Shown: positions 28,990 through 32,000 of the stretch, one piece after another
Position numbering within the stretch: position 1 is the first letter of the stretch
Layout: each line of letters starts with the position of its first letter
Assembly: GCF_029589495.1 (NCBI RefSeq)
Contig: NZ_JAAIVF010000002.1
Location: forward strand, 696,353-728,352
DNA length: 32,000 bases
Source: Speluncibacter jeojiensis
GTDB lineage: Bacteria > Actinomycetota > Actinomycetes > Mycobacteriales > Mycobacteriaceae
Direction: 5' to 3'
Made by a program: the position numbers and the translations under genes
Notes under the pieces: generated by a model
The model's input: the letters and a program-made list of their open reading frames with translations, nothing else
What the model was told of the DNA's origin: nothing
Databases searched by the model: none

Positions 28990-29772
28990 GTGGCAGACGT
29001 GAACGACAGCGACAGGACCCTGACGGTCGGCGCGACCGCCGAACTGGTCGGCGTCAGCGTGCGCACCCTGCACCACTACGACGAGATCGGTCTGGTGACC
29101 CCCGGCGACCGCACCAGCGCGGGGTACCGGGTGTACGACGCGGCCGCCGTCGAGCGGTTGCACCGGGTGCTGACATACCGCGAATTGGGGTTCGCGCTGG
29201 AGGAAATCGGACGACTCCTCGACGATCCGGACGTCGACGCGATGGCACACCTGCGTCGGCAGCACGGGCTGCTCACGGCTCGGATCGATCGTTTGCGTCA
29301 GATGGCCACGGCCGTGGAGAAGATGATGGAGGCGAAACAGATGGGCATCCAGCTCACCCCCGAAGAGCAACGCGAGATCTTCGGCGACGACTGGCCGGGC
29401 GAGGAGTACGCCGCGGAGGCACAGGAGCGCTGGGGCGACACCGGCGCATGGGCACAGTCGCAGTCCCGGACCGCGAAGTTCACCAAGGCGGACTGGCAGC
29501 GGATCAAGGCCGAGACCGACGCCCTCGAGGCCGACTTCGCGGCCGCACTCTCCGACGGCGCACCGGCGGACGGCGCGCGTGCCGGGGAACTCGCCGAGCG
29601 TCATCGCGCGCAGATCGGGCAGTTCTACGACTGCTCGCACCAGATGCAGACCTGCCTGGCCGAGATGTATCTGGCGGACGAACGCTTCCGCGCCCACTAC
29701 GACGACGTGGCCCCGGGCCTCGCCCGATACGTGCACGACGCGATCGTCGCCAACGCGCGACCGCATCTGTGA
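28990..29772 (+). CDS. MerR-family transcriptional regulator with TipAS-like C-terminal domain, about 260 aa
   Basis: N-terminal HTH: LTVGATAELVGVSVRTLHHYDEIGLV..AGYRVY. A coiled-coil linker follows. The C-terminal TipAS-like antibiotic-recognition domain shows WGDTGAW, FYDCSHQM and YLADERFRAHYD. GTG at 28990 lies 7 nt after GGGAGG; GTG at 28999 is an alternative start. Confidence 0.85.
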   Translation: MADVNDSDRTLTVGATAELVGVSVRTLHHYDEIGLVTPGDRTSAGYRVYDAAAVERLHRVLTYRELGFALEEIGRLLDDPDVDAMAHLRRQHGLLTARIDRLRQMATAVEKMMEAKQMGIQLTPEEQREIFGDDWPGEEYAAEAQERWGDTGAWAQSQSRTAKFTKADWQRIKAETDALEADFAAALSDGAPADGARAGELAERHRAQIGQFYDCSHQMQTCLAEMYLADERFRAHYDDVAPGLARYVHDAIVANARPHL

Positions 29773-29855
29773 GGGCCGTCGGCCGCGCCTGATCGCCCGG
29801 ACGGTACGCTGCCTCTACTACACAGCATCGTGGAGACAGTGGAGAGGTAAGGCAC

Positions 29856-30029
29856 ATGGAGAGCATCGGCGCCGGTTTCGGCATCGCAGTCGTTTTCATC
29901 GTGATCGCGCTGGTGATCGTCGGGACGCTGCTGATGTTCCTCATCTCGCTGTTCCCGAACTTCCTGCAGCGTTCGAGCAGCAAGCAGGCGCCGACGGAGG
30001 CCGCCCGCAAGGCCGACTCCGCGGGCTGA
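29856..30029 (+). CDS. Untracked small membrane protein, 57 aa (MESIGAGFGIAVVFIVIALVIVGTLLMFLISLFPNFLQRSSSKQAPTEAARKADSAG)
   Basis: I translated this by hand; it falls below the track length cutoff. ATG at 29856 lies 7 nt after GGAGAGG. It has one long hydrophobic segment and a polar tail. The stop is at 30027-30029, followed 13 nt later by a strong hairpin. Confidence 0.5.
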   Translation: MESIGAGFGIAVVFIVIALVIVGTLLMFLISLFPNFLQRSSSKQAPTEAARKADSAG

Positions 30030-30042
30030 CACCCACACGACG

Positions 30043-30078
30043 ACGAAGGCCCTCGCTCCTTGGAGCGAGGGCCTTCGT
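30043..30078. terminator. 15-bp perfect stem hairpin
   Basis: ACGAAGGCCCTCGCT (30043-30057) pairs with AGCGAGGGCCTTCGT (30064-30078) across the loop CCTTGG. It lies between the small ORF (+) and cspA (-). Confidence 0.6.
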
Positions 30079-30090
30079 GTTGGATCGCTG

Positions 30091-30112
30091 TCGGCCCCGC
30101 GGGCGGGGCCGA
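30091..30112. terminator. 8-bp GC stem hairpin downstream of cspA
   Basis: TCGGCCCC-GCGGGC-GGGGCCGA, located 42 nt after the cspA stop on the minus strand. Confidence 0.4.
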
Positions 30113-30153
30113 ACGGCACCGCGACCGGGTCTCCCCGGCCGCGGGCGCTCAGA

Positions 30154-30357
30154 TCAGAGCGGGCTGACGCCGGTGGCCTGCGGGCCCTTGGTGCCCTGGC
30201 CGACCTCGAAGGTCACCCGCTGGTTCTCGTCCAGGGTGCGGAAGCCGTTGGTCTTGATCTCCGAGTAGTGGACGAACACGTCCGCGCTGCCGTCGTCGGG
30301 CGCGATGAAGCCGAAGCCCTTTTCAGCGTTGAACCACTTCACGGTGCCTTCTGCCAT
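30154..30357 (-). CDS. cspA: Cold-shock protein (CspA family), 67 aa
   Basis: The sequence [34 protein letters not shown] contains the RNP1 (KGFGFI) and RNP2 (VFVHY) motifs. ATG at 30357 lies 8 nt after the GAGGAG core. The 95-aa track ORF is an upstream over-extension. Confidence 0.95.
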   Translation of the reverse strand: MAEGTVKWFNAEKGFGFIAPDDGSADVFVHYSEIKTNGFRTLDENQRVTFEVGQGTKGPQATGVSPL

Positions 30358-30530
30358 GGAATTTCTCCTCGTTCTTGCGTCGATTCGGACAGTCAACGGT
30401 TCTCGACCGTCCGGGCCGGCGTCACTCGGCGGCGAGGACATCCCGTGAAGGAGAAATCATCCGCCCGCAACATTCAGGATTTGCGAGCGTGGGCTAACAC
30501 AAACACAAACACTACGACCGCCTACAGTCT
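30358..30530 (-). promoter_or_regulatory. cspA promoter and long 5' leader with anti-SD element
   Basis: On the minus strand a -35-like GTGACA and -10-like TAGTGT lie near 30532-30506, followed by a GTTTGT repeat. AUUUCUCCU (complement of 30449-30457) is perfectly complementary to the SD region AGGAGAAAU (complement of 30361-30369). Confidence 0.4.
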
Positions 30531-30577
30531 GTCACATCTGCCCGGATAACGCTCACCGCGACCCGGACCGCGTCTGT

Positions 30578-31174
30578 TCATCGGTGAACCAGATGGAACC
30601 AGTGCGGATCGGCTCTGCCGAGCATCGCCGGCAGCGAGGTCACGTCGGCGGCGGACTCGCCGGCGACCGTCCAGTTCGACAGCGCCCGCTCCAGGTCCGC
30701 CCGCGACACGCCACGAGGCAGCAGCCCGGGGAGGCGCTGCGGCGCGAACGCGAACATCAGCAGGTTCGCGCCGGGACTGGCGGCGAGGTCGAGCCCGCGG
30801 CCATAGGCGTCGCGTTCGGCGACACCGAGTCCGTGGAAGCAGCCGAGGTCGATGACCAGGTCGAACCCGTCCCCCACACCGGCCGGAAGGTTCGTCACAT
30901 CCGCCTCGACGAAGGTGACGTCGACCTGCGCTGCGGCCGCGCGACGCCGCGCCCGCTCGAGGGCCAGCGGAACCCGGTCCAGCCCGGTGACCTGCCATCC
31001 TCGTGACGCCAGTTCTATCGCGTGGCGTCCCGTCCCGCACCCGACGTCCAGCGCCCGCCCGGGCGTCAGCCCCTCACGGGCGAGGAACACGTCGAGCACC
31101 GCGGCGAAGCGGGCACCGGCACGCTCCCACGGGGTGAATCCGACGCGGTAGTAGAGCTTGTACCAGGGACCCAT
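30578..31174 (-). CDS. Class I SAM-dependent methyltransferase, 198 aa
   Basis: SAM-binding motif I is present: ALDVGCGTGRHAIELASRGWQVTGLD. ATG at 31174 lies 6 nt after GGGAGG. The 373-aa track ORF is an over-extension through the upstream gene. Confidence 0.85.
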   Translation of the reverse strand: MGPWYKLYYRVGFTPWERAGARFAAVLDVFLAREGLTPGRALDVGCGTGRHAIELASRGWQVTGLDRVPLALERARRRAAAAQVDVTFVEADVTNLPAGVGDGFDLVIDLGCFHGLGVAERDAYGRGLDLAASPGANLLMFAFAPQRLPGLLPRGVSRADLERALSNWTVAGESAADVTSLPAMLGRADPHWFHLVHR

Positions 31175-31215
31175 GACCAGCCTCCCGGGCGTGGACCGGC
31201 AACCGCCGGGTGATC

Positions 31216-31656
31216 TCACGCTATTCCGGGCGCCGGCGCCGGACAACCCGCCGACCACCACCTCCACCGCAGCGCGCGGATAGCGATCAGCGGTCCGGCC
31301 GGACGGCGGTCCCGGTACTGCGGGTACTTGGCGACCAGCGCGTCGAGCGCGACCGCGCCCTCGGCCGTCTCCGCCTCGATCACCTCCGCGGCGCCGTCGG
31401 CGCGCACCCACCACAGCGCCGTCCAATCCTCCTCGTAGTGGTCGACGACGAGGCCCGCCCGTCCGGTCGCGGCGACGTCCTCGAGCCTGCGCAGTCGCCG
31501 CGTTGTCTTGGGCTTGTGGTCCACCGCGGTGTACACCGCATCGCTGAGCTGTACGAACACCACCGGCACCAGGTGCGGGGTGCCGTCCGCACCGACGGTC
31601 CCCAGACGGCCCACTCGGGCCGCCACGAACCGGGCGCGCGCCTCCTGCGACCGCAT
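31216..31656 (-). CDS. PPOX-class (pyridoxamine 5'-phosphate oxidase-like) probable F420-dependent oxidoreductase, 146 aa
   Basis: [30 protein letters not shown]...DHKPK...[20 protein letters not shown] is the typical split-barrel PPOX/F420 family pattern. I chose the internal ATG at 31656. Confidence 0.78.
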   Translation of the reverse strand: MRSQEARARFVAARVGRLGTVGADGTPHLVPVVFVQLSDAVYTAVDHKPKTTRRLRRLEDVAATGRAGLVVDHYEEDWTALWWVRADGAAEVIEAETAEGAVALDALVAKYPQYRDRRPAGPLIAIRALRWRWWSAGCPAPAPGIA

Positions 31657-31755
31657 ACGGCGACCGTACGCTTCGGCCGGGCGCGCACGCCCGGAACACC
31701 GAGCGAGACTAGGCTTGACAAACGTCCCCCGCACGCGAGCAGGAACGGAATCTTC

Positions 31756-32000
31756 ATGTCTGACGCCACCGTGGCCACCGCCGACCTCGCCGACGAGATC
31801 GGCCCGTCCATCCGCAGCTGCGACACCCAGTTCATCCAGTTCGGCGCCCGGGCCGCGTTCTCCGGCCCCGTCACCACGATCAAGTGCTTCCAGGACAACC
31901 TGCTGGTCAAGCAGACCCTCGGCGAGCCCGGCAACGGCGGCGTGCTGGTCGTCGACGGTGACGCGAGCGTGCACACCGCACTGGTCGGAGATGTCATCGC
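31756..32000 (+). CDS. rraA: RraA-family protein (regulator of RNase E activity / HMG aldolase fold), 3' end beyond the window
   Basis: Hand translation from ATG 31756: [82 protein letters not shown]. It is collinear with my recollection of mycobacterial RraA (TADL.D.IGP..RSCD.QF.QFG, CFQDN, GGVLV.DG..S.HTALVGD). The frame is open to the window end. Confidence 0.85.
   Translation, partial: MSDATVATADLADEIGPSIRSCDTQFIQFGARAAFSGPVTTIKCFQDNLLVKQTLGEPGNGGVLVVDGDASVHTALVGDVI

Overview
High-GC (about 70%) actinobacterial chromosomal DNA. The gene content looks Mycobacteriales-like: Rpf, MMPL transporter, DosS/DosR, Acg-type nitroreductase, GabD2, F420-type PPOX and RraA. I call about 30 protein-coding genes and find no rRNA, tRNA, CRISPR array, transposase or integrase. 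All family assignments come from motifs read in the translations; no searches were run. The main feature is a seven-gene hopanoid biosynthesis operon on the minus strand (15386-23956): hpnC, hpnD, hpnE, a polyprenyl synthase, shc, an apparent hpnG-ispH fusion, and hpnH. Every junction in it is a 4-nt ATGA stop/start overlap. A close DosR/DevR homolog starts only 6 nt after the hpnH stop. Its likely kinase (DosS/DosT-like, two GAF domains) lies about 5 kb away, beyond an NYN-domain gene, an acg-type nitroreductase and aconitase. This physical link between a hopanoid operon and the dormancy regulator, and the HpnG-IspH fusion, are the two observations I consider most worth follow-up. Smaller observations are a structured ydaO-like (c-di-AMP) leader upstream of the rpf gene, a 9-nt anti-Shine-Dalgarno element in the cspA leader, an untracked 57-aa membrane ORF after a TipA-like MerR regulator, several strong intergenic hairpins, and repeated motifs in two divergent promoter regions. 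Many long ORFs in the six-frame track are GC-driven shadow frames and were rejected.
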